A stretch of 64,000 nucleotides of DNA, from NCBI GenBank assembly GCA_026914245.1, contig CP110439.1, positions 1,178,001 through 1,242,000 of the forward strand. The letters run 5' to 3'. Numbering within the stretch: the stretch's first letter is position 1; each line of letters opens with the position of its first letter. The notes beneath the pieces were generated by a model, which saw only the letters and a list, made by a program, of their open reading frames with translations, searched no databases and had not been told where the DNA came from. The DNA is from Puccinia triticina (lineage: Eukaryota). The translations under genes and the position numbers were made by a program. Positions 1 to 12,059 of this stretch are shown piece by piece.

Positions 1-905
1 AATCTCATACAAGCATCCTCTCACAGATCGACACCGCAGTTCTTGTGGTAACTCGAGCCTGGCTGGCAGCTGCGGATGTGTCGAGCTTAAGCCTCTCCGA
101 GGAGGCGCGAAGCGTCTCCGAAGGAGAGGCTTAGGACTAATGTCCCAATCTTCGCCTGAGGCTGAGAGATATTTACACGGAAAATCATGATTTCTGTGTT
201 TACATCTCTTTTACTCATTTCTCTCAGCACAAAATTCAAAGCCTCCTATACCATGTTGTCCCTGCTTCTCAGCTTTTTTGTACATATTTTTTCAATTAAA
301 TTTGTCCCAAACTCGCCGCTCAGCGGCCATTCCTGTGAGGGGTTGTCTTGAGCTATGCAATGAAGCCATTGGATCATCCAAAGGTCAAGGTCGGACACAC
401 TCTCACGGGTTTTTTCAGTATTGACTTAAGAATGACAGGTCTCTCATCAATACAAAATTTAGGTGGCTTGCGGCAGTTATACACATAAAAGGGTATTGAC
501 GTCTGATGTCTAACCTTATCTTCATGTGTTTAGGCCGGATGGGTGATCCGGTCTACATCAGGCCGGATAGGCTCTCAGGTGGAATTTTTACATTAATTTT
601 TTTATTAGGGGAAGGCGGTAGGTGTTGTTTTGGACCGCTGAGATTATGTAGAAATGAAAGAGGATTCCAATGGTACCAGAGGCTGTGAATAAATCAGAGG
701 GGTATATGGTGATATTTGGGTTAGAAGGCATTTTTCAACATTTGGCTGGGCAGCCTCAAGCCAAATGTCGGACATTAGGCACAAGTCCCTCCCGCAAGCG
801 GGAGGGTGCTCGCGCCCCGCGAGCACAGGGAGGGACTTGTGTTAAGTTCGCAGATTTGTCAACTTCGAACTTGAATTCAAGTTTCGACACGACCCTCTCC
901 GAGCG

Positions 906-2075
906 AACTTAGCTAAGTCCCTCGATCGGAGGTGCGCGAGCGCTGTTGCAAAGCAACCCTCCAAAGGAGGGACTTTATGCCCTACCTTGCAAAACAGTAG
1001 GCAGCAGAAATCTCATTTGGCTGGGGAAAATTTTCAAAAAATTCAACTGTTTATATCTTGACTCAGGTAAAAGGTATTAAAAATCTGAGGAGACAGATTT
1101 GTCCGCCTACATCTGCCCTTCCACCTGCCACCTCCCTGAGGCAGTGGTGCTCTATTTCCACCTTTGAATCTGAAAAGGGAAATCAGGAATTTGTGAGCGC
1201 TCTTAAAACAGGTCCTTGGGTCAATGTTGTAACCGCTGTGCTGCGCTAAAAAAAGCAGTCATCCCGCTACTTCCCAGAGGCATGTAGCGGAAGCTGTTGA
1301 AAAAACTGCTGTGCTACTTGCTACGTGCAGCGGTTGACCGCTACCCACCCGGGGCAATTAGCAATAGCGCAGCAGAAGCAGAAATCCGCTGCGCTCCGCT
1401 ATCTGCTACATTATCTAATTTCATGTCAAACCTCTTTTAACATGATTTAAACCATTTTCTTTCATTTTTTTCGAACTGCTGCGCTACCGCTGAAGCGCAG
1501 CGGTTCAGCGCTACATGACTGCTTTTTTTAACGCGCTAAAATCCTTCAATTTTTCCAGGGAAAACAAATAGCGGTTAGCGCAGCGGCACAAAAAACCGCT
1601 GGCTGTTACAACGTTGCTTGGGTAAATCCATACTTTGACACATTCCAAAGATGGACTTATGTACAACATCCCTTGAGTCTGACAGACCAATACAAATGTG
1701 CAACCCAATGCGTGTGATTATCAAGAAGGTGGTGTTCAGCTGTCAGGTTTCAGAAAAACATGCACTAAAACATCTGCTAGCACTTGCAAGAAGGCAGTTA
1801 GATGTCTTGTGTTGGATAATTATTTAAAAATCAGGTTTGGGTGTTGAAAATGTAAAAATAATGTGAGCAGAGAGCCATGCTTCTTGCACATCTTTTGATG
1901 TAGCTCACTTGGCCTCAAGTACATTTGTGTAGCTGCTACAGAACAAAACATAACAAAACTTCCAAAACACCCTTCTGCTGCCTACTGTTTTGCAAGGTAG
2001 GGTGCAAGTCCCTCCTTTGGAGGGTTGCTTTGCAACAGCGTTTGCGCGCATCCAATTGAGGGACTTAGCCAAGTT
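906..2075. mobile_element. Non-autonomous element with ~100-bp terminal inverted repeats
   Basis: 906-1008 (aacttagctaagtccctc...ccctaccttgcaaaacagtaggcagcag) is the reverse complement of ~1975-2075. No ORF and no TSD seen. Confidence 0.6.
1222..1616. mobile_element. MITE with hAT-like termini, nested in the 906-2075 element
   Basis: TIR caatgttgtaac / gttacaacgttg; cttgggt on both flanks (7-bp apparent TSD); internal gcgctac/gtagcg repeats. Confidence 0.6.
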
Positions 2076-3271
2076 TTCTCTCCAAGGAGGCGTGAAGCGT
2101 CTCCAAAGGAGAGGCTTACCTCAAAAGTCACACCATTGGCCCTACAGACTCATGAATTTCTGGCAAAAAAACACAAATTTTTATTTTCAAAATCTTTTCA
2201 AAAATGTAGTTTTTAGTTTAAAAAAATCTGAGTAGACAGACTTGTAGCCTGCAATCTCAGCTTCCATTTCACACCTAGCTGACACACATAATTACTATCC
2301 CACTCCACCTACTGTCAAGTGGTTCTGGAGTGGTGATCCAGCGGTTTTTGGGCTCAAAATTTGAAATTCCCTGAGCCCGGGCGGGCTCAAAGGGGGGGAT
2401 TGGGTACAGAAATCCACCATGTAACAACATTTACAGGACGTTTCCTACCAGGGGGGATGGATACGGTGGAGTTTGAAGTGGGGGAAAATAAGCTAAGAAG
2501 CTGGTGATTGAAATGGTGCCAAAGGCAAGGAGAGAATTGGAAGTCTAGAGGGTGATATTGGGGAAAATGGGGGAGTGTTGCATCCTCCAGTCCCTGCCAT
2601 TGCTCTCAATCCTGTAGGGCCAGACATGCAACTTTAGAGGCAAGTCCCTCCTTCAGAGGTCGCTACGCTACCCCGAGGAGGGTACACTTGTGTTAAGTTT
2701 GGTTTTGACACCTGATTCTGGTTGTTGGCGCCACCTCTCATGGCGCGCCTAGGTACGCCCACCCCGTACCCGCGCACCCAGGCGCGCACTTTTTCTGAAA
2801 ATGAGGGTCGGCGCGCAGCCAGAGAGAGTAATTTTGTCAGGAGCTGGGAAAGAGTGTAAAACAAGTCCCAGGACCTTCAATAATGAAATTTGAATCCCTG
2901 ATAGCCCTGGGAATTGAAGTTCAGAGAACTCAAGTGGAAAGTAAAGAGTGAGGGCCAACTGAGACTCGCAGAGGCTTAAGGTGTTACACATTTGTTTTTT
3001 AGATTATAATTCAATGAGTATGTGATGCAGGCACACCTCTTCAGACGGAAAAAAACTTGTCTAATTCCATAGAAGCTCAAATAATATACATCTAGAGCGG
3101 ACCAGACCAGATGGAGGCCTAACTTTTGAGTCTGACAACAACCAGGACGGGGAAGAGTGTTGATGATCTAATTAGCTAAAATGATTATCTGTGGGGATAT
3201 CTGGGGGCGGGAACTGCATGTGGTTTTCCTCAAGCCGTGCTTTCAGCAGGTTTTTGCTTCTTTTGATCGAC

Positions 3272-5929
3272 TCAGATGGGCAACCCATTAATATCTCGGC
3301 ACGCTTTTGTAATTGAGATACCTTTTCGTAGAGCGGACCTGATATCTAGGAATTCAGAGGAAATGTCAGAGAATCAGCTGTTTTTGCTATTCCAAGACAC
3401 TTCCCCATGATGACGCCTCGTAAAAAGAACAAAAATCCCGCAGAATATTGTAATTGGTTGCTAACTTACCTGTCGTCGTGCAATCGCACACTGGTAGATT
3501 CACCGAGCAGTCATCTTTCATCTGCAGGTTGTGAACAGTGGTCATATTCCTGTATGATCACATGGAAAGCCGATAAAAGTACAGGATCAGCTTCAAAGAA
3601 ACAATTTTAAAGCTACAGGAAAGGTATTCGGCAGGTGAGAAACCTCAACAAACCTGCAAACATGGGGATCAAACTCAAAAGCACCATACTTCTTCTGGCA
3701 TTCCCAAGATACAGTCGTAAGATACTCGGTTGTGAATCCATATTTGGCCTCGACCAAAGGAGCCCGGAAGATAGTAGGATCAAATCCATCCCCTTTATCA
3801 CCCCGGACGATACTCATCATACTTAAACAATTTGTAATATTATAAAAAATCAGTTCAAATACGCTTTTGTGGGATCTTTTTCATTCCAATACGAACTGAA
3901 CGAACATGGAGTCTTTCCCGCAATACGAAAGTCGGTTTGGATCATCGTATGCGCCATTGGGCCCTTCTTGCGTGCAAGGATCCTAGCGTATCAGTTTTGA
4001 ATTAGTATGAAGTTGTGATCATAGCGCCAGATTGATGCTTATACACTCACTGCTCCTCGGATGATAAATACATTCTGCAAATTTTTTGATTCGAAAGTGA
4101 ACATTTTACATCCTCCTTGGGGGATTCTTCGGGGTACGAAATTTAAAACACATCAAATTATATTATCGACTAACCTGTTCTCTCCAAATCTTAACCAAGG
4201 TTTTCAACTTTATCATTCTTTCGTATTCTTTTTGCACAGTTTCTCGATCAATGACTGGCGTCTCTGAGAGGAATATTCCGTCTTGATTTATGCTTGCGAG
4301 GCCTTTTTGGGTGCTAATTCCAGCTTGAATTACTTCTTCGGTGATGTTCGTGAGTATCCCTTGTACGGCATGTTGAGCTTGCCCTAAAACCCATGATATG
4401 GAGGAGGACTTTCAAACCAACCAACGATTTACAAAGATGATTCAGGTCCCGGTTTAGAATACCGGTTAGCAAGTTGAAACGAGAAGTCTAACTTACCCGA
4501 GTAAAGCGGTCTTCTCCATTTCCAACAATCATCAAAGTTTCCACCCAGCCAAAGGCACCAAGTTGATACAAAGTCATAACTAAACCCAACCATGAAATTT
4601 GTCCCCAAGACCATATTGTACCTGCAATAGGTCCGTACGATTTGAAAAGGGAAGAAGGAAAAGAGCTGATCCAATTAGATACAAGTGATAACCAAGCGGT
4701 CTGGTTTCAAAAGATACAAGATCAGCATAACCACCCGGGTGAATTTCCTCTTCACGGCTTCAATCGCTTTCGCAAAGAAAGCTGATGCTAATATAATCCA
4801 ATGTTTGAATCAGAAATGGGACTTCCGACTCACCACGTGCCTGGGAGTTCTTGTGGGGTCCTTTTCGAGATCCACCAACTTGACACAAAATTTAATTCAC
4901 GTCAGCACCAAATCTGACTGTAAGATTATGAAGACTGACCATGGTTGGAAGTATATCTACAGCCGCAACCAAAAATAAAGCAGAAAGGATTAAGTTTCCT
5001 TTCAGCAAATGAAGATGGTACCAGTTAGACTATATGTACCAGCAGCTGAGTCAAACCTGATGGAACATTCGATGCATCAGCCCCATCAAAAGTTTTGAGG
5101 AAAAATTACTAAGAGTAGATAAACTCACGCATCACCGCTGGCTTGAAAAAGGATGTTGACAAAATTGTTCCAATTTTGTGCTGCCACTAACGCATACCAA
5201 TCCCGACCATAGATATTTTCGCACAACTATGTATATTTAAAACGTCTTGAGTGACTGATCTTCGCTAATGTACCTCCCAGAGTAACTGAATTCAAAATTT
5301 GCGTACTTGACCTGCATTGCATACTTTGCCTATCCCACATTCGAAATCCAACGCGCCAACTTGCGAAGCATATTGCTACCATCAGAAACATCTTATCAGT
5401 GTTTGATTTGGTCAATTAAGAGGCCTTGTATGTTTGTGGCATAGTTAAAGTGTGCTGAATGTGAAGAAGTCCAGTGAAATCTTCGTGAAACCTTAAATTT
5501 TGTGATAGACATTTTCACATGTCACACAAAACATTGTTCATGATGCTCAGTTATGAGGCAAAAACAGGGCCTAAATACATACTTCAGGCCATTATACGCA
5601 GACAAACGGATGAAAATATCTGACCTGCAAGTTTAAGATTGTACCGTTTGGATAGTTGTACAAATGAGAGTTCATACCGAACTCTGACCATAGTGGCGGT
5701 TCCAACGGCCGAGGTTTGCATAACACTTTTGTGTCCTCTTCAGAAGTGATGTTTAGGCCCTTTTTTGAATTCATTTCATTGTCAGCTTGCAAAAATATGT
5801 TTGTTTTCCTCGAAGAATTCATGTTAGGCTTACATTTTGCAATGAATTATTCGATGTCGGGGATCCAGCGATCACTTGAACATATTGAATGATAGCTAAA
5901 ATAATTAGGAATGTGCCGCTAAGAGACAT
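3272..5929 (-). CDS. Multi-exon secreted cysteine-rich protein of a rust-expanded family (DUF7872-like, from memory)
   Basis: ATG at 5929 gives the signal-like MSLSGTFLIILAIIQYVQVIAG. Later exons read LCKPRPLEPPLW..YPNG, QYASQVGALDFECGIGKVCNAGQ, LCENIYGRDWYALVAAQNWNNFVN, AGISTQKGLASINQDGIFL, YGFTTEYLTTVSWECQKKYG, NLPVCDCT and ACRDINGLPI*, stop at 3272. Junctions checked are GT-AG; some middle junctions were not resolved. Confidence 0.8.
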
Positions 5930-7869
5930 GTCAAGAAAAGAAAAACTTGGAGGTCAAGAGGGGGAAAGGATGCTTTCTTAGAATTCAAAATCAAATCAGA
6001 AGGAGATCCAATCCGTATTATAAGAGTTCCACCAGCTATTCTTGATGTAAATTCAATGCAGAATAGCTTGTATCACTGAAGGCATGAGGTTGGAACTACT
6101 TGCCTAAATAGAGTATTTAAGCGCAGACTAAAATCACTCCTACGTGTTGAAGATTTTGTCTTTCGTGATAAGCAGCTTCGACTGTGCACCAATCCGTGTG
6201 ATCGCGAGATAGAATAGAGCCTACTTGCGGGAGTTTCCATCAGGTTTCTCGATAAGATAGGGTGTTATCGACCTTGGATGGAACCATTCGCAGTCTGCCG
6301 GAGTTGTATCTCCCTGTCAAGCATGTATGCACCCACTCGGCTTGAGTGCTCTCCCTTCATTTCTCATTATCATGAGAAGTATGTGGTGTGTAGCAGCGAT
6401 CTTGCCGAGTGGCCCCGACATGTCCGTTCCTTTTGCTTAACCTCCGCGAAACCCAGAAATTGTTGAAGACTCTTACATATTTTCATTTATGTACCTTCAA
6501 TCCTAACACTAGAGCTGAGACCAGTCTCACCAGCGATGCACGCGAGGTCAGCGCTAAACTAGGGTTTTTAATGACTGGTTTCCGATCACGGAATCCTACT
6601 TATCCCCCTCCCCCAGATTAATTTCCAATGTCACCCTCAGGATCATGGTTTCCCTAAGTTACCCAACCACATCCCATCCCGGGCAGAGTGATAAACCACG
6701 TGTCTCATTGCGCCGATCAGAGGAAGGGACTATTGGGGGATAATTTTTTGAGACAAACCTCACTTGAATTCATCTCTGAATGAATTTATTCTGTTTTAGA
6801 TCTCCATGATGGCAAAAGCCCCCCAATCGATGTACTACATATTTTCAATTATCTTCAATCTATCTCCTTGATTCAGAATGACATCGTAATATTGAGAGGT
6901 TGAATTATGTGTGACATTATTTAAAAGTTGCGAGTACGTGATTGAGCAGGACGAATAGTCTAGCAAATGAGGGTCAAAAAGATGAACTTAGAGGAAGTAG
7001 TATGGCCTTCAGCTCTTTTAGTGAGGAAGGATCTTACGGATTATCTTCCAATCCCTGTTGCAATGTGATTTGCAAGCTTAACAAAGCCTCTTGAACGGGG
7101 GTCCCGAAGGGACTCTCCATAGGAGAGGCTTACGCCCAAAGCTGGCCGCGTGGCCTGAGCACTTTGAGAAATTTACATGAATTTCTGCTTTTTTGGAATA
7201 AACAGCTTTTTAAACAAAAGCAACTGCCTTTCATGAAGTTCTGAGGAGAACAACTTGTAGCCTTGCTTCTCAGGCATTGTTTCATATTTTTTGGGGGTGG
7301 TTTGGCTTGAAATAAACAGTTGCTTGTGATTGCTAGTCAGCCATGTCCCAGCATTTTGCCTGGTAGAGATTGACAGCTGGTGAACCGTTTGGATCATCGG
7401 TTCACGCACCCTCTCACGGTTCAGTGACTCATGGGGCCAGATAGGTCATTGTTAAATTGATAGTCTCTGTTTTCTGAATTGTTACCCAGTTGCAAGGTAC
7501 GTATGTACTTGCACCAGGCATGTCTGCTGGGATATCCGGTCCTGAAAAGGTCGGACTGTTTACAATGGTATTTTCTTTACAGGATGATTCTTGTGAGGGG
7601 ATGGAGCTATTCAGAGTTTTCAAGTGGTGTGAAGTATGCACAAAGCCTTGCGCTTCTAATGGTGCCAAGGGCCAGATGTTTATCCAAGAGCTTGCGCAGA
7701 ATATATGGGGATGAGATCACCTCCCAGCCATTTGGCTAGTAGCTCTCCCCCTCGTAAGCCAACTTTAGGTGCAAGTCCCCCCCAAGCGTAGGTGTGAGGC
7801 AGGGACTTGTGTTAAGTTTGTGTGATTTGTAGGATGTGCTGGCTGGACACCCCCAGGCCATGGTCCCTG

Positions 7870-8553
7870 AGCTTAACTAAGTCACTCCCCCGTCTGAGGC
7901 TTCGCCCAAGGGACTTACGCCCTATCAGGAATTCTTGCGTGAGACTATTCCGAGTTTTGGTGGTACTCAACTTTGAGTGCCCAGAACTCAACCTAGATTA
8001 TTTTCTACCGCTTTAAAAATTTAATGCACAATAGGCCTGCATCTTGTCTATCTCCTGATACAGTTTGGGACCATTACCTCCTCTTCTTCATGCTTATTTT
8101 TATTTTTTTGAAAACTTTGCAAAACATGATATCCCAGGTTTGGAGCAGATCACTAAACAACAAAGCCCGTGCGCAATTGGCAGATCTGATACAACATGAT
8201 ATCACTTACATGCACCCTTTTTACGGAGAGCAAGAACTAGCCTGTATCAACACTTGAAACAGTTGTGTTTTTGGTGCTAAGTGGGATATGATGGTTATTT
8301 TCCTTTTATTTGACATTTTACAAATATTTTTATGAAAACATTGGAGCAAAGATACAAGCAATGGAAGAAATGTAGAAAATAAGGGGACGAGGAAGCGCTT
8401 CAGGAAAAATGAGTTTCAAGAACAGAGGATGAGAACTGCAGGAGTGGCAAACAATTTTGCGGATCACTTATCCAAAATTCTCACGCAAGAATTGCTGATA
8501 GGGCACAAGTCCCTCTGGCGAAGCCTCAGAGCATCCGCATCCGTTGCTAAGTT
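7870..8553. mobile_element. Non-autonomous TIR element with the same terminal hairpin module as 906-2075
   Basis: 7893-7944 (tctgaggcttcgcc..cctatcaggaattcttgcgtgaga) is inverted at 8479-8530. Confidence 0.55.
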
Positions 8554-9617
8554 AGTCTGGACTAACTAGCTCGGATTACGGTCGGACTAAGCTAATCCGA
8601 GTGGCCGACCGCATCAACGTAGATTGGGAGGTCCGAGGCTATCGGAGATTATGTGATTAGGTGCCTGTATGGTATGTGTTTGGCACCTAAACACATAGAG
8701 TTCATGCCATTGAGCATGATGGATATTCATTTTATATGTTAGTCCGAGGACTACACCCGGGGAGTCCTTCCACGAGGATATCCCGTGGAATCCACGAGGA
8801 CTCCACGTGGTAGCCGCGTGCGAGGTCGGACCAGCGGCTGTTGGTCCACACGTTCACGGGGTCTCCACCAAGTGGATCACAGGGGCACCTCGTGATGGCC
8901 CCGAGGATTCCACGGATACTTACAGATGCGTACCCGTGGAATCCACGTGGCCACGTAGGCAGGCCAGTGAAAAATACAGCAGAAGCACACCTGATTCAAA
9001 AGTATTGCTCATGGGACTCGAACCCACAACCAGGCTTGGAGCTCGCAGTGGCATTGCCATACAACTCGACTATTTTACATTGTCACACATGGCTGCTTTA
9101 CAAAGTATCAACCCCCCAAACAATGGTTTGCGATCGGGTTTGCGATAGGTTTTTTTTTTAATTTTTTTTTTTCCTCTATTCAAAAAAAAGTTTTGTCGGA
9201 CTTTCAAAACCTCAGGACCAGCCTGAGGTGGTCTTGGCTGGAAGTAAAAAAAAAAGAAAAAGCCGTGGAACCGACGTGAGCAATGAGCTGACGTGGTCTC
9301 CACGCGTGCCAGGAAGGCACATCGTGGAACCGACGGGAAAAAGTGTGAAGCCCATCGGTTCCACGTGGAAAAAAAGCGTTTCGTGGAACCGACGAGCTTA
9401 CCGAGGGGTTACCGAGCCAATCCTCGTCGGTCCCACGGATTTCCCTCCTCTCGTCGGTTCCACAAACGGGCGGGGCAGGAAGTACCCCCGCCGTGTAGTG
9501 GGGGCTAGATTTATACCCCACTAGCTCCAAACCAAGCTCCGGGTCAAGTTGATCCCCGGTTAATCCAACCCGATGCGGTTGCGGGGTCGAACTAAGTGCC
9601 CTAATCCGGGCTAACTT
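8549..9617. repeat. Composite repeat rich in ccacgtgg / gtggaaccgacg motifs with short inverted ends; probably nested DNA transposon(s)
   Basis: Ends aagttagtctgga and tccgggctaactt; many ccacg/cgtgg palindromic units at 8760-9470. Confidence 0.5.
9004..9078 (-). pseudogene. Degenerate tRNA-like sequence inside a repeat
   Basis: Minus strand has an A-box-like TAGTCGAGTTG, T-arm GTGGG-TTCGAGT-CCCAT and a downstream TTTT. Acceptor and anticodon stems do not pair. Confidence 0.45.
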
Positions 9618-9859
9618 AGCGCCCGGTGCGGATGGTCTCAGGTGGGACTAGTAAGTTCGCATGGTTCCCAACGAGAATCAAGTGCTCGGTTGGATTTTGC
9701 CTGAAGCATACCGAACACTCTTGCGCAGCGAGATGCCACAAGTGGATATGCTGCGCGCCTTGCGCCTGGCATGTGCGCACCTGAGCGCACACACTTTCCA
9801 TTACGTCAATCTATCCAAACCAGGCAGCAGTCATCATCCACCGAAAACCACTCAGCATC

Positions 9860-11551
9860 ATGGACATTGATTTAGAGCCCATCGACTTTGTATCCCAACT
9901 ACGCAATGAAGCCCCGGAGGATCTCCGACCCATGCTCGAAAATTTCTCAGACCTGTACCAACGAAAGTCAGCTGTTTATCTCTTATCTGTTTGCTTCATT
10001 TTAGTCCGGCCGTACCGAAAAACAAGTCGCATCTGGAGACGCTTGCGGGCAATTGACACTTTCTTTACTATTGGGTGGCAGATTATGGTACCAACTTACG
10101 ATCGCCATCCAAGAGTTCTTAAACCTACCAATTTCATTTCCATTTCAAATTCGCCTATACAACGATTTTATTACCGATTTTGAAAACAAAATCAACTCAC
10201 TGAAACTGGTGGAGATTGCCGTGGTGATTTCTCAGAGGTTCACAGGTAGGTTGCTTCTCTAATCGACCCTTTTCACAACTTGCACCCCAATGTGGAATCC
10301 ACGAACACTCACATTCTCCTCGGTTTCGTCTTACAGACGCAAATGACGCATTAGAATTTTTATCCAAGTTGGCGGACAAGTTGAAACCGGTCGAGAAGAA
10401 AGATGAGGAGCCCGCTGGAGCTATCAAAGTTACGGGAGCCAGTGCTAAAGCCACACTTCAACCGAATGCCGAGGCGTATGTTCTAGCGCGAATGTCGGCT
10501 GCTCACTTCTGTCTGTTGCTTGGAAAGACAAAAGAGACTGAGAGTGCTATGGACGAATGTCGGGCGATAATCGACAAACTCGACAGTGTTGATACTTCCG
10601 TTCGTGCGGGCTTTTATCGAGTCTCGGCTGATTACTTCAAGGTCTGCTTCATGCCTGCAAAACGAGAGCTAAGATGGATATTCAACGCTGATTTCTGACT
10701 CAAATGCCAAACCTCTTTTTAGTGGGAAGCAGCTTATGCGTCGTATTACAAAACCTCGCTACTCTACTTGGCATGTCTGCCCAATGTCAATGCCGATCTA
10801 GATGTCGAATCTCGTATTCAACGTGCACATGACCTAGGACTTGCTGCGCTTCTTGGCGATACGATATACAACTTTGGAGAGCTATTGCAGCATCAAATCC
10901 TCGAGAGTCTGACGGGCACCCCGTTCGAGTGGATCCGATCGCTTTTGTTCGCTTTCAATGAAGGCAACTTGGGTATTTTTGAAAGTCTGACTCCCCGTTT
11001 TCCGGAAGAAGTAAGGCAGCAGTGTTCTTTCTGTTTCGGTTATGACCTCAAGGTTTGATTGGAACATCGCCCTGATCCGCACGTCCTTCGTATTTGACGC
11101 GATTAGCCAATTCTTCAGAACTCCTATCCATTCTTGAGGCAGAAAATTTGCTTGATGGCTCTTATCGACGCAGTATTCCGCAGGAGTGTCACCGACCGAA
11201 TCATGCCATTTGGGGTGATTGCTTCGGAAACAAAACTGCCGGTTAATGAAGTTGAACACTTGGTCATGAAAGCTTTGAGGTACAGTTTTTTTTGCTCGTC
11301 ACTCCAGTGATTCGCCATGCTGATATGTTTGCGATATTGACTTTACCTTTTGAAATCTAAGTTTGGGTTTGATTAAAGGTTCATTGGATCAGATTTCCGG
11401 AACGGCTAGCATCACCTGGGTCCAACCTCGAGTACTAAATAAACAACAGATCGAGGCCTTGAAGAAGAAGCTGGATGACTGGACTAATCGTGTCATGAAG
11501 GTTGGACAATTTGCACACTCCAATGGAGGCAGCGAAATCCTTGTTCAATAG
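9860..11551 (+). CDS. RPN9: 26S proteasome lid subunit Rpn9 / PSMD13 (PCI domain)
   Basis: Exons 9860-9966, 10082-10245, 10337-10641, 10723-11010, 11107-11279, 11362-11551, all GT-AG and in frame. Motifs YQRKLWYQLT, ALLGDTIYNFGELL, LRQKICLMAL, VEHLVMKALSLGLIKGSLDQ, WVQPRVL. Confidence 0.95.
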
Positions 11552-12059
11552 TTGCTCCCAAATGTCTTTGTCGTTTTTCATCACCCTATCAAAATTGCAA
11601 ACTCTCCGTGTGAACGAGCTTTTCGTCGGGTCACTCTGGGCATCCGACCAACCTTATTCCAAGCGATCACATGCAAGACGGTTTGTAGCACCTTTTGATC
11701 GTGCCATTCTTCCACTTGCGACGGTTTTTGCTCTCATTGTTCAGACAAGTATTATCCTGATGTCAATCTGGTGATAAGTTCCCGGCTATTATACCTATGT
11801 GAGTGCCGGATTTCATGCAGCTGGGCTCCTTGCAAAGTACAGGTCAAAATGACCCACCAGTTTACTTGAAGGCCACAGCGATTACAGACTCAGATCAATC
11901 AAAGGACTTCTTTGAAACGTCATGCCCCACAAATACAGCAAAGATCAGTAGCTTACTAGCATTCTGGATTCCTGATTGAGATGTGGTAAATTCACGCAAA
12001 TGTCTGCTTAAGTGGAAAGCCTCTGAAGAAGAACGATAATGTAAGATAAAAGAAGGAAA

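Noticed and set aside
2420..2988. Solo LTR (tgtaaca...tgttaca)
   Set aside because: The flanks (cacca vs cattt) give no TSD; unsupported.
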